Source: Candidatus Latescibacterota bacterium
Lineage (GTDB): Bacteria > Latescibacterota > UBA2968 > GCA-2709665
Direction: 5' to 3'
Length of the DNA stretch: 64,000 nt
Assembly: GCA_965237675.1 (NCBI GenBank)
Contig: OZ250150.1
Coordinates: forward strand, 320,001 to 384,000
The number at the start of each line of letters is the position of its first letter. The first letter of the stretch is position 1. Positions 9,210-21,000 of the stretch are shown here, piece after piece. Made by a program: the position numbers and the translations under genes. The notes below the pieces were generated by a model, which was not told the origin of the DNA, did not search any database, and was given only the letters and a program-made list of their open reading frames with translations.

Positions 9210-10325
9210 CTAGTCTGGCAGCGCGGCTTCCAGAACCTGTTTCAGGCGACCGGCGACAATGACATCCTCCCCGTTTTCCATCATGTAGGGCATGACTTCC
9301 ACGCCATTCCCGGTGTGGAATAGCTCGATGCGCGGGTCGGCGTCGGTGAGTTGCCGCCTGGCTTCTTCGGGCGTGATGCGGACGGTTTCCGGATCCCAAC
9401 GGATAGCCAGGACAGGGGCGACGTTGGACCGGCCGGGTTGAAGGACATCCGTCGTCAGGGTCGGTATATGTGCAACCGAGTCTGCGATCGTGTCGAGGCG
9501 GCGCTCCCATTCCTTCCATTCCGCGGCGTGGTCTCGTCGGACCCATTGTTCCACGGCCGCGAGGAGGCCCATCACTTCTTCTTTTCCCGCCTTCATCGGT
9601 CGGGCGAGCGAGTGATGGGGGGCGCCGTTCATAAAGGCGGCGTGGAGGATGTCCGTTCGGCCCAGAACCAGGCCCGACGCCTGGGGACCGCGAAGGCACT
9701 TGCCGCCGCTGTAGGCGACCACGTCGACCCCTTCGGACAGATAGGGATTCGGCACGTCCGGACGTTCCGCGGCTGCGTCGACGAAGGTTGGGACGTTGTG
9801 TTTCCGGGCAATGGAGACGATGTCGGGTACGGAGACGGTGCCCCGGTCGGCCGCGTCGCCGAAGATGGCGATCATGGCGGTCGATTCGTCGATGAAAGCG
9901 TCCATCTCTTGAGGGGTTTCGACCTCGACGATTTCCACGCCGACCATGCGGATGGCGTGGTCATAGACGTGCCGGTGGGAAGGCTGCGTGACAACCCGGT
10001 TTTTCATGCCCGACGTATCGGGCAGGCGTTTCATCCTTGCCGGATCCAGGCCCGCAACGCAGGCCGCGGTGACCTGGCATAAGGCCGCGGCGCAACCGCT
10101 GGTGACAATGCCCCATTCGCATTCCATAAGTTCCGCGATCCGGGCGCCGACCCTTTCCATCAGTTCGTCCAGATGCACGTACGCTTTTGAGGCTTCCTGT
10201 ACGGCCTGACGGACTTCCGGCAACATCAAGGAGCCGGAAATGATGGTGTAGGTTCCCATGCAATTGATCAGTGGACGAACCCCGATGGACTCGTACGTGG
10301 CGCTGGTCGGAGACGACGTGGACAT
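9210..10325 (-). CDS. SelA-like / DgaE-family PLP-dependent enzyme
   Basis: Motifs GVRPLINCMGTYTIISGS, VTSGCAAAL, VDAAAE, and PLP lysine in YSGGKCLRGPQASG. Confidence 0.88.
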   Translation of the reverse strand: MSTSSPTSATYESIGVRPLINCMGTYTIISGSLMLPEVRQAVQEASKAYVHLDELMERVGARIAELMECEWGIVTSGCAAALCQVTAACVAGLDPARMKRLPDTSGMKNRVVTQPSHRHVYDHAIRMVGVEIVEVETPQEMDAFIDESTAMIAIFGDAADRGTVSVPDIVSIARKHNVPTFVDAAAERPDVPNPYLSEGVDVVAYSGGKCLRGPQASGLVLGRTDILHAAFMNGAPHHSLARPMKAGKEEVMGLLAAVEQWVRRDHAAEWKEWERRLDTIADSVAHIPTLTTDVLQPGRSNVAPVLAIRWDPETVRITPEEARRQLTDADPRIELFHTGNGVEVMPYMMENGEDVIVAGRLKQVLEAALPD

Positions 10326-10531
10326 GGGCAGTATCCCGCGGGAGAAGGATTGAGAGACAACGCAGCGTTCGTTCCGGCTCGGGTCTCTCCCGACCGGCTT
10401 CGGTCGCGCCGGGCGACCGATATCAAGAGTCTACAACATGCCTGTCGGGATTGCAAGTCCCATGTTGCCAGGATTCCCCTTGACCCTCGGGGTGCGCGCC
10501 GGGGGGCGTTGCAACGGCGCGGATATATGGA

Positions 10532-10547
10532 AATATTGATCAATATT
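10532..10547. promoter_or_regulatory. AT-rich palindrome, candidate operator
   Basis: Perfect 16-bp palindrome aatattgatcaatatt in an AT-rich patch about 200 bp upstream of the SelA-like operon. Confidence 0.45.
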
Positions 10548-10853
10548 GATAATATATATGACAGTTGTTACGCGCCGGCGAAGCCAATGTTAAGAATCGG
10601 ACCGGATTCGATGAACATCGGGTAGTCTCGCGGTGGGCAGCCAGCGGGATTCGAACGGGTGCACGGACCCGTCACGATAGTTCGGAGGGGGTTGGCCCGC
10701 AGGATCGGACACCGTTTGCGCGGCCGACGGCGGGTATACGCAAAATGGAATCCGGCGGTGGCGCGGTACCTGATGGCGGCACGTGAAAAAGGCGAGGGCA
10801 GCCGCACCGGGGATCATTTAAGGAATCTCATAGGCCCGATGATAGGCCGCCCT

Positions 10854-11190
10854 GTCATTCTGAGCGGAGTCGAAGAATCTCCCGTCTGTTTCGATTGTCC
10901 CTAACGCAAGAGCGCAGTAAACGCATTTGCACGGAGACATCGTCGGCATCGAGGCAGGCAGGAATGGCCGCCCCACCGTCTCATACGCTTCCTCACAGTG
11001 CAGGCCCACAAGGGACGCCCCTACACACGCAATGGGGCGTGATGTGCATGCGCTGCCTGAAAGGTCCGGCGGGCGCGTCGTCACACGGGCGGCATGTGCT
11101 GTCTGGCAGAACGGACCGGCGCGCGGGAACGGCGGGTGTGTCGCGAAATGCGTCGCTACTGTCGCGTTTTGCGACAGCTGGAGGGCCATA
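10854..11190. repeat. composite REP-like repeat block 1
   Basis: Contains the gtcattctgagcggagtcgaagaatctc module, a degenerate ggcagacaggaatgtctgccccac REP and caggcccacaagggacgcccctaca. The right part is similar to 23690-23943. Confidence 0.85.
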
Positions 11191-13292
11191 TTACGCACCT
11201 TTGCCGAAAGCGCCGGCGAAGATGAGAAAGTCCGAAAACCCCACCTCCCCGTCCCCGTCCAGGTCAAAGCGCTGGTCATACCCGGCCTGCCCACGGCTGA
11301 ACCCGATCTTTGCGGCGAATCTCACGAAGTCGCCAAAGCCCACCTCCCCGTCGCCGTCCCAGTCCGGGACGCGGGGTCGGGGCGTGGTGAACGAAGCCGT
11401 ATCCCACAACTCGATCCAGGTTACGGTAGCGGCAGCCAACGTGCGGCCGTCGGGAGAAAACGCAATGGAGCACAGAGAGCCTGGATAGCTATACTTCTCC
11501 ACGACTTCTTCGCTGAGCACGTCCCACAGTTCGATCGTTCCAATTTGCGATACGACTGCCAGTTTCCCGCCGACGGGAGAAAACGCCAGGTACGAACCGC
11601 CGCGCGCGCGCGCCCTTGTGAGCACGGCAACCTCGTTCCACGCCGCCGTGTCCCACAGCCTGACGGTTCTGCCGACCCCCCCCCCCCCCCCCCCGCCGCC
11701 AGGAGACCGCCGTCCAGAGAAAACGCCACAGACCGCACCGTACCAGTATGCCTAAGCACGGCGACCTCTCGCCGCGCGGCCAAGTCCCACACCCTGATGG
11801 TCCTGTCGTACCCCGCCGATGCCAGGACGACGGCGGCCGGAGAAAACGCCACCGAATTGATTATTCCCGTATGCCCTTCCAGCGTGCCCGCCATCTCCCC
11901 CGTCGCCACGTCCCACAGCGCGATATAGCTTTCTCGAATCCTCGCCCCGGCGGCCAGCAGCGACCCGTCGGGAGAGAACGCCACCGATTTAACGAAATCA
12001 TCCCGACCGCTATGGTCCAGGACGGCGATCGCTTCATAGGTCTTCGTATCCCATAGCCTGACGGTCCTGTCAGACGATCCCGATGCCAGCATCGTACCGT
12101 CCGGGGATATCGCCAACACGGGAACGTAGCCCGTATGCCCTTCCAGCGTCGCCAGATGATACGGCGACTCCTGTGCGAAGCCAAAACCCTCGTAGCTTTC
12201 GTCGCCGCGCCTGTCCACCGCCCGGAATCCCACGTAATGGGACACACCATCCGACAGCGTTGTAGACCTCCCCGGCAGAACGCCGTCATACTCGTACTCG
12301 ATCTCCACGTCCTGTTCGCCCGACAGGGCGCGGCATTCCAGGATTTCCGAGGAAAAAATCGACCCTGGCGTGGGCGCCGTCGCGACCAACTGAAGCAAGC
12401 CGTGCGGCGCCGTGATCCTGAGACGGATGGTAATGCTTTCCGACCCCGCAGCATACCTCCTCAACGGCGACAGCAGTTCGATCGTGGGACGTGACCCCCC
12501 AAAGGAATAGAGGGGGATGTCCGGGTTGATGTAGGGACCCACCGACAGTCTTGCCGCACTGCAGGCCGATATTCGACTGCGGACGCGGCCTATCGACATG
12601 ATATAGGCGCCGTCGCGATAGTCGTGCCACCCCACCCCGAAGGCATGGCCCAGTTCGTGCAAGCCTGTGGAAATTCTGAAACCGCCGGGAACCATCACCA
12701 GGTGATAACTCTTACCACCGGCAGCGATTGCCCCTAATCGCCTGTTGCGAGTATATCCGATCGTGTCTCCTTCACGGTTGTCGATCACGATGAAGAGCAC
12801 GACAGTCTCCGGATCGAACACCTGATGAACCTCACTACCCACCAGGGAATACGTGTAGTGGTGATAATATCCGTCGCCGTGTTCGCCGTCCAGGCGGTGC
12901 ACCACAGGGTCGCCGTCCCCATCCGCCTCATAACGGAACGTCATATACCCATACCCGTGCGCGGCCAGCTGCTCGCCATACCACGCCTGCATCCCACGCA
13001 TCCTCGCCTTCATCGTATCCACCACCGACTGGCGATACGGGCGGTCGTTCGGCAGAAAGTAGATCATGCGCACCGTCCGCGACTCCCCCGCGTTCAACTC
13101 CGCCGTACGCTTGCCCGAAACATGCGCGTCCTCACGCCGCAATGCCTCCTCCTCCAGCACCACGCAGTGAAGCACGCTGTCAGACGGCGCGGGCGACGTC
13201 GCGGAGACCACGGTAGATACGCATTGCCACGTCATTATGCATACCGATGTCGTGAGCAGTGCACGCAATAGATGAACAGCCCTTCTGTTCAT
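11191..13292 (-). CDS. secreted Zn-metalloprotease / WD40 / dockerin-like protein, paralog 1 (frameshifted at G19)
   Basis: Signal peptide, HELGHAFGVGWH, WD40 repeats (ORF 11421..13292). Continues in ORF 11191..11625 to PDWDGDGEVGFGDF...FDLDGDGEVGFSDF. One extra G joins them into about 700 aa. Confidence 0.9.
11676..11694 (-). repeat. poly-G19 tract at the frameshift of paralog 1
   Basis: 19 consecutive C on the + strand. Confidence 0.95.
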
Positions 13293-13496
13293 GATCCAAT
13301 CACCTCCATCAGGATGGCGACCCCTTCGCCGGCCGCGGGTATCGGCTTTCCCACAACGACGTCGAGAAGGGCAGAGCGGTGCAGGCAGACAGGAATGTCT
13401 GCCCCACCTTCACATACGCCTTCGTGACCGTGTATGCGAGGCATTGACGCACCCCCCAACGCATCAGCCGCCGCCTGTCCTTCGGGTTATCTGACG

Positions 13497-13716
13497 TTAA
13501 CCCCCAGAATCACCCCCGCTGCCCGATGTATTCCCGCTGCCGCTGTTAGACGACGCGTCGCTTTCGATGTGCCGCGTCAGGATCACCATATCCGCCATAT
13601 TGATGACCCCGTCTTTGTTCAGGTCCATCCTCCGGTCATACCCTCCATCCGACCTGCCGAGCCCCATCTTCTTGTTGAACAGCTTTGCATCGGCGGCATC
13701 GCGCGTGCCGTCGCCG
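13497..13716 (-). pseudogene. orphan 3' fragment homologous to the giant FN3 protein C-terminus
   Basis: Translates GDGTRDAADAKLFNKKMGLGRSDGGYDRRMDLNKDGVINMADMVILTRHIESDASSNSGSGNTSGSGGDSGG*, compared with GDGRADEADSKLFKAKMGMRRSESGYDRRMDMNGDGIINWADFVILTRHIERDASSQGGSG in 26223..33317. No start codon. Confidence 0.9.
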
Positions 13717-14760
13717 AGGATGGAGACCCTTCCCCCGGCCCCTCCCCGACGCGGGGAGGGGAAAGGAGGTGGTGCCCGCCGTGCCGCGTGTCAGGTCGGT
13801 AGACGTGCAAGTCGCGCAGGGGTGAACCGATGCCGCAGTAGATCCTTCGTCAGCCTGGCGCCTGCCTGTGCCGGGCACGGCAGACAGGGCTTCCTCAGGA
13901 TGACAGTTTGTGCCGACACCTGACAGACAGGTTTCGCCAAGGGTTATTGCAAAACATGTCATTCTGAGCGGAGTCGAAGAATCTCCCGTCTTTTCGATTG
14001 TGCTTAACGCAAGAGCGCAGTAAACACATCTGCGCGGAGATATCGTCAGTCTTCCGGTTTCCTCGGCACGACAGTGCGGGCACAGGCGGGACAAGCTTTC
14101 TTTCCGTCGCCGTTCCCATGCCAGGAATTGAGGCGGGCAGACAGGAATGTCTGCCCCACCTTCACACCCGCTTCCTCACAGTATAAACCCACATGGGCAG
14201 GCAACGCCTTGCGGATGACGAAAGGCCAACCGGTATTCCGAGCGCAGGCGAAGATTCTCTCGTCAGTTTCGTTCTGCGCAGGAGGCGGACGTGCCGCGTG
14301 TCAGGTCGGTAGACGTGCAAGTCGCGCAGGGGTGAACCGATGCCGCAGTAGATCCTTCGTCAGCCTGGCGCCTGCCTGTGCCGGGCACGGCAGACAGGGC
14401 TTCCTCAGGATGACAGTTTGTGCCGACACCTGACAGACAGGTTTCGCCAATGGTTATTGCAAAACATGTCATTCTGAGCGGAGTCGAAGAATCTCCCGTC
14501 TTCTTGATTGTCCCTGACGAAAGCGCGCAGTAAACACATCTGCGCGGAGATATCGTCAGTCTTCCGGTTTCCTCGGCACGACAGTGCGGGCACAGGCGGG
14601 ACAAGCTTTCTTTCCGTCGCCGTTCCCATGCCAGGAATTGAGGCGGGCAGACAGGAATGTCTGCCCCACCTTCACACGCGCTTCTTCACAGTGCGGGCGC
14701 CTGCCTGCGCAGCGTACTGCGCTGCAGGCAGGCCCACAAGGGACGCCCCTACACACGAAT
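13717..14760. repeat. composite REP-like repeat block 2 with a 510-bp tandem duplication
   Basis: 13781-14182 recurs at 14291-14692 (period 510). The block is largely colinear with 22771-23772. Confidence 0.92.
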
Positions 14761-14820
14761 CAGCCTGCACGCCATCGTCAGCTGTTCTTCCGCCTCGTCG
14801 CCACAGCGATCGTGTCACGC

Positions 14821-17072
14821 CTACGTGTTTGCGCCGAAAGCGCCGGCGAAGATCAGAAAGTCCGAGAACCCCACCTCGCCGTCCTTGTCCAGGTCGTAGC
14901 GCGGATCGTATCCGGCCTTGCCGCGGCTGTATCCGAACTTCGCCGCGAACTTCACGAAGTCGCCAAAACCCACCTCCCCGTCGCCGTCCCAGTCCGGGAT
15001 CCTGGATCCAGGGCTGGTGTGCGGTGACGTGTCCCACAATTCGATGCGGCCCCCGAACAGGGCCCCGAACAGCGTGCGGCCGTCGGGAGAAAACGCAATA
15101 GAACTGTGCCCGCCTGGATGGTTATACTGCGCCACGACTTCTTCGCTGAGCACGTCCCACAGTTCGATCGTTCCAATTTGCGATACGACTGCCAGTTTCC
15201 CGCCGACGGGAGAAAACGCCAAGTGCGAACCGCCGTGCGCGCGCGCCCTTGTGAGCACGGCAACCTCGTTCCACGCCGCCGTGTCCCACAGCCTGACGGT
15301 TCTGCCGACCCCCCCCCCCCCGCCGCCAGGAGGCTGCCGTCGGGAGAAAACGCCACCGATTCGATCGTTCCCGTATGCCCTTCCAGCACGGCGACCTCTC
15401 GCCGCGCGGCCAAGTCCCACACCCTGATGGTCCTGTCGTACCCCGCCGATGCCAGGACGCCGGCGGCCGGAGAAAACGCCACCGAATTGATTATTCCCGT
15501 ATGCCCTTCCAGCACGGCGACCTCTTCACGCCGCGCCACGTCCCACACCCTGACGGTGCTGTCGAACCCCGCCGATGCCAGGAGGCTGCCGTCGGGAGAA
15601 AACGCCACCGAATTGATCGTTCCCGTATGCCCTTCCAGCACGGCGACCTCTTCACGCCGCGCCACGTCCCACAGCTTCACGGTATCATCCGTTACCCCCG
15701 CCGACGCCAGGAGACCCCCGTCGGGAGAAAACGCCACCGATTTGACGTATTGCGCATCCCCTAACAGCGAGGCCACCTCTTCCCGCCGCGCCAGGTCCCA
15801 CAACCTGACGTAACCGGCTTGCCCCCGCATCGACAGGGTGTAACTGTCTTGCGTGCCCGCCGCCAGCAGGTCACCCAACGGAGAGATCGCGATACCGTAG
15901 ATGAATTTCGTCTCCACCGTCAGCGTCGCCACGTGATGCGGCGAGGCTTGTGCGATTATGAGACCTTCCGAAGACCCGTTACCTTGCGTATCGACGGTTT
16001 TAGCCGGCAACTGGTGCGAGGTGGGATTCGAAAGACTCGAATGGGCCATCGACGGGATCGCGCCGTCATACTCGAACGACACCACGGCTTCCGTCTCTCC
16101 CGCCACGTCGCGGCACGCCTTCACTTCAGGTGTCAGAGAGCGGCTCAGAGGATGGCCGGTCCACTGGATCACCTGGTGGACGCCGTCGGGGTCGGCCACG
16201 CGCCACGACACCGTGAAGCGCTCGGTGCCGGGAGCATACCAGACCGTCGGGCCCGCGAATTCGATGGTCGGCGCCGACGTCCGGTCTATTCCCAGGGGAA
16301 TCTCAGGGTTGAGGAGGGGTGTCACCGCCAGATACCGCGCCGAGCACGCCGACAGCCGGGTGCGCAAACCGAAGCCATACGACAGGATGTAGGTGTCGTC
16401 ACGGAAATCGTGCCACATCAACCCGAAGGCGTGCGCCAGCTCGTGGGCGGCAACGAAGAAACTGAAGCCGCCTCCAACCTTCGCTTGACCTCCATCTTTT
16501 CCGCCGCTTGCCATTCCGGCATACCTCTGGCCTCCCGGCTCGTGCAGCAGTCCGGTGCTGGTGTCCACCACGATGAAGTCAACCACATTCTTCACGTCAA
16601 AGCGCCGATATAACTCCCGCTGCATCTTAATCGACGTCTCCTCGAGATAATAGGCGTCGCCGTGGTCGCCGTCCACCCGGCGCACCACCGGGGCGCCGGC
16701 AGCGTCCGCCTCATACCGGAACGTCATGGGTCCATACCCGTGCGCCGCCATCTGCTGTCCGAAGAACGCCTGCAGACGACGCATCGTCGTCTTCATCGAG
16801 TCCACCATCTCCTGCCGAAAAGGGCGGTCGTTCGGCAGAAAGTAGAACATACGCACCGTCCGCGGCTCCCCCGCGATGAGTTCCGCCGCGCGCTTGCCCG
16901 CACCCACGGCGTGCTCACGCAGCCACGCCTCGTGGTCCATCACACCGCAGAATTCCACGTTATCGGCGCGCGCGGACGAGCCGGAGCCCGCACCCGGCAG
17001 GCACAACAGCAAAAGCCAGCACGCCGCCAGCCAAATCCTTGCCGGCAAACGAGGTACAAAGCGTCTCTTCAT
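14821..17072 (-). CDS. secreted Zn-metalloprotease / WD40 / dockerin-like protein, paralog 2 (frameshifted at G13)
   Basis: Signal peptide, HELAHAFGLMWH, WD40 repeats. ORFs 14952..17072 and 14821..15420 join at the G tract into about 750 aa ending in a dockerin-like repeat. Confidence 0.9.
15309..15321 (-). repeat. poly-G13 tract at the frameshift of paralog 2
   Basis: 13 consecutive C on the + strand, in the same sequence context as the G19 tract. Confidence 0.95.
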
Positions 17073-17093
17073 ATCGCCATCACTCCTTTCGCG

Positions 17094-17219
17094 TCAATAC
17101 CCTGAACCACCCGAATCACCCGTTCCGCCGCCGCCCTTCTTCTTCGCATCTTCCTCTATATACCCGGTCAATATCACGAAATCCGCATAGTTGATCGTCC
17201 CGTCGCCGTTCAGGTCCAT
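17094..17219 (-). pseudogene. orphan 3' fragment homologous to the giant FN3 protein C-terminus
   Basis: MDLNGDGTINYADFVILTGYIEEDAKKKGGGGTGDSGGSGY*. The stop is about 20 nt before the paralog 2 start. Confidence 0.85.
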
Positions 17220-17334
17220 CAACCGTACCGAAAACTGCCAGTTTGCTGCACATGATCGCACGTTGTCAGCTCAGAAACATCCCTTCGCGCTCATTAGGGG
17301 TGTCCCTTGTGCGCGCACGGGCACTATTGAGCGG

Positions 17335-18005
17335 GTTTGCGAGGCGTCGACGCCCCCCACCGCATCAGCCGTCGCCGGAAGGCTCGGCTTTTGCGACTCC
17401 CCCTCAAGGGGGGAGTGATTAAACCGTAGAACCGGCTACCGCCTATGCGGCTGCCTTGGATGCAGGGAACCGTAGCTTGACAGGGTGGAGCGGACATTCC
17501 TGTCTGCTCACGTACATCAAACCCAAACCGTTCATACCTCGTTCGGAAACGCCACGACTCACGGGCGTCACAGGGCCATTCCGGCTCGACGCTTCCGGTA
17601 ATCGCGCTGTGCACCACAAAAAAAGTATTCGCGCTTTGTCCGCACCATCGCGGAAATCCCGGCAAAAGCCGGATCGCACGCCACGTGTATTGGCTGTGTC
17701 GAATCGGCACAAGCCTTGCTTCTGTCTCCATGCTGGCAGAACGACATCGAGGCGGGCAGACAGGAATGTCTGCCCCACCTTCACACACGCTTCCTCACAG
17801 TACGCGCGCGGGTATGACCGACGTGTTGCGCCAATGGTTGTTGCAGAGAATGTCATTCTGAGCGAAGTCGAAGCATCTCCCGTCTTTTCGATTGTGCTTA
17901 ACGCAAGAGCGCAGTAAACACATCTGCGCGGACACATCGACGGCATCGAGGCAGGCAGACAGGAATGTCTGCCCCACCTTCACACACCCTTCCTCACAGT
18001 GCGGG
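17335..18005. repeat. composite REP-like repeat block 3
   Basis: actccccctcaaggggggagt hairpin (about 17396-17416); ggcagacaggaatgtctgccccacc at 17755 and 17954; an inverted variant near 17484-17509; the gtcattctgagcg module at 17852. Confidence 0.85.
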
Positions 18006-18013
18006 CGCGCGTG

Positions 18014-21000
18014 TCACGTTGACGACGTGTTTGTGCCGAAGGCATCAGCGAAGATGAGAAAGTCGGAGAATCCCACGCTGCCGTTGCCGTTCAGCCTTCG
18101 TCGTCGTCCCGACTCAGTCCGAACTGCGCCGCGAATTGCACGAAATCGTCAAAGCCGACCTCGCCGTCGCCGTCGAAGTCAGGGTTGGCCTGACCCAAGT
18201 CGTACTTCGGTAAACCCTCGTCGTCCCGGTCCACGGGAAATCTCCGACGTCAGGGTTGGCCTGACCCAAGGCGGTAAAGGCCACGGGCTCCACGTCAGCT
18301 ACCGCTGCCACAACCGTATTCGTGCCCGGCAGGGTCCCCAGCGTGAGGGTCGTGGCGGCGCGCCCCTGGGCATCGGTCGTGTCGGTGGTTACCGACAGCG
18401 TTCCGCCGCCGGCGGTCACGACAAAGGTGACGGTGACGCCAGCGTACGGCTGCCCGTTCTGGTCCTGCACGGCAACCACGAACGGCATTGCCAACGCCGT
18501 CCCTGCCAGACCCGTCTGTTCCAGGCCGGCGGCCTCCTTCAGCGTATGCGGCCGGGGCACCACGCGCTGCATATCCCAGACCAGCATGGTGCCGTCCCAC
18601 GACCCGGAAACCAGCATCGTCCCGTCGGGCGAGAACGCCAGTGCACGGACCCCACCGGTGTGCCCCCGTAGCGCGGCGACCTCCTTACGTGCGGACACGT
18701 CCCACAGCCGGATGGCGCCGGACCAGTCCCCAGAGGTCAGTGCAGCGCCGCCGGGCGAAAATGCCAACGAAGACGTGTGAATTCGAGGCCGCGCGAGCGT
18801 GGCTACCTCTGAACGTGCGGCCACGTCCCACAACCTGATCCTCCTGTCACCTCCCGACGAGGCCAGCAAGGACGCGTCGGACGAGAACGCCAGTGCATCT
18901 ACCCCACCGATGTGTCCCTGAAACACGGCGGTTCCGGTCCGTACGGGCACGTCCCACAGCACGATAGTACCGTCCCGCGACCCGGACGCCAGGATGCCGC
19001 CGCCGGGAGTGAACGCGGCGGACTGGACCCTTTCCTGGCCCGTAGTCATCGTGGCGACCACATGCCGCTGCCCGAAGTCCCACACCCTGACCGTCGCATT
19101 GTCTTCCGCAGATACCAGTGTCGACACGTCGGGAGACAATGCCAGTGCAACGACCCTCCCGCTGTACCCGTCAAGCGCGGCGACCTGTTTCCGCCTCGCC
19201 ACGTCCCACAGCGTGATACGCGTGATACGATCGTGTTGCACCGATGCCAGCGTGGTCCCGTCCACAGAGAACGCGAGCGCGCCCGATCCGCCGGCGAGTC
19301 CCTCGAGTGGGATGACGCCTGATCGTGACGACAGGTCCCACAGCATGATCTCCCCACCTGACGATACGGCCAAGATGCTGCCGACTGGCGAGATCGCCAT
19401 GGAACCGAAGTTTCCAAACCCCGGCAGCCTGGACGTGCTGCCTGTCGCCACGTGGCGCATCTCGACTCCCTCATTCCCGCCTGAGACCAGCGTGGTCCCG
19501 TCGGGCGAGAACGCCAGCGACCTGACAGCGCCGCGTACGCTCAGCGCTTCACGTTCTTGGCGTGTAGCCACGTCCCACAGCTTCAAGGCGCCGACCCACG
19601 TACCTGACGCCAGGATGCCGCCGCCGGGAGAGAACGCCACGGCCGTGACCCCGTGACTGTGGATTGTCAGTGCTTCACGCTCCGCCCGTGCTGCCACGTC
19701 CCACAGCCGGACCGTGCGGTCCCACGAACCCGACGCCACGGTCCCTCCGTCGGGAGAGAACGCCACGGACATGACCCGTCCGCCGTGGCCCCGCAATACG
19801 GCGATCTCATCCTCTGCGTCCAGGTCCCACAGCCTCACGGTACTGTCTCTCGAGGCGGAGGCCAGCATCGTACCGTCCGGCGAAAACGACAGCGAATTGA
19901 CCCGGCGGGTATGCCCTTCCAGCACGGCGACTTCTCGCCGTGCTGCCACGTCCCACAACCCTACCGTTCCGTCGGTTTGGCCCGAGGCCAAGGTGGACCC
20001 GCCCGGTGAAAACGCCGCTACATTGTAATACGCCCCGTGCTTTTTCAAGGCGCCGCGCTGCGTGCCCGTATCGAGGTCCCACAGCCCGATCCTGCCCCGG
20101 TCCGCCATAGCCACCGTCGCGCCATTGGGGGAAAACGACACAGAGTAGGCGCCGCCAGACGGAAATAACCTCACGAAACGGGCAGCCTGAACGTCGTAGA
20201 CCCACGCGCCGATGGCAGTGGCCACACCCACGTAACGGCCATCGGGCGAGACGTCCACTGCACGGTCGCCTTCGCTGATATAGCCCATCCCCAGCCGCAT
20301 CACCGCGCCGACAGGCAGCTGCCACTGTTGAAAATCCCCTTCGGCAGGGACCACGCGCGTCCCCACGCCTTCTGCGTGAAACGTCGTCAACGTCCGCCCG
20401 CCAAGCGTCACCTCGACCACGTGCGCGCCCGGCACGGGTCCCAGCGTGAGCACGACAGAGGCACGGCCCAGCGTGTCGCTTTGTGTGCGCTGCGTATCGA
20501 ACGTGCCGCCCAGCCTGCCGCCACCTTTCGTGACCGTAAACGTGACTGCAGCGCCCGCATACGGTTCCCCCTGCTGGTCCCGCACCTCTACGACAAAGGG
20601 GCGCGGGAGGGCGGAACCCGGCGCGCCCTGCTGCCCGTCGCCGGATAAGCTCAACAGCTGTGAGGCACGCGGAACCACCCACTCTGACGTGTCCCACACC
20701 TCCACCACGTCGATGGCAGCGGCGGCCAGCTTACGCCCGTCGGCAGAATACGATATCGATCTAGCCGTTTTAGTGTGCCAGAACGTCTGCACAACGTCTT
20801 CACGGACAACGTCCCACAGCCTGACGGTTCTGTCACTCGACCCCGAGGCCAATATGCCGCCGCCGGGTGAGAACGCCAGTGCATATACGGTGCTCAAGTG
20901 CCCTGCCAGCGTGGCGATCTTTTCCCCGGTCGCCGCGTCACGCAATGTGACGGTACCGTCAGACATTCCCGATGCCAACAGGCCGCCGTCCGGAGAGAAC

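Noticed and set aside
9210-10325. Selenocysteine synthase selA
   Set aside because: It is shorter than true SelA, no selB/selC/selD is nearby, and the motifs fit the SelA-like/DgaE group better.
10634-10656. tRNA 3' end or att site (gttcgaatcccgctggctgccca on the minus strand) at the edge of the accessory block
   Set aside because: The T-stem does not pair, acceptor/CCA spacing is off by one, and no second copy or integrase was seen.
13567-14756. Repeated short ORFs in the repeat blocks (also 17324-17983 and 22750-24032)
   Set aside because: They are translations of palindromic repeats with inconsistent starts and ends between copies and no RBS or domain.
13717-14760. CRISPR array or similar spacer array
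   Set aside because: The period is about 510 bp, the intervening sequence is conserved rather than unique, and no cas genes were seen.
11500-15513. Diversity-generating retroelement TR/VR pair
   Set aside because: The few mismatches between the near-identical blocks are not adenine-specific on either strand, both copies are coding, and no reverse transcriptase is in the window.
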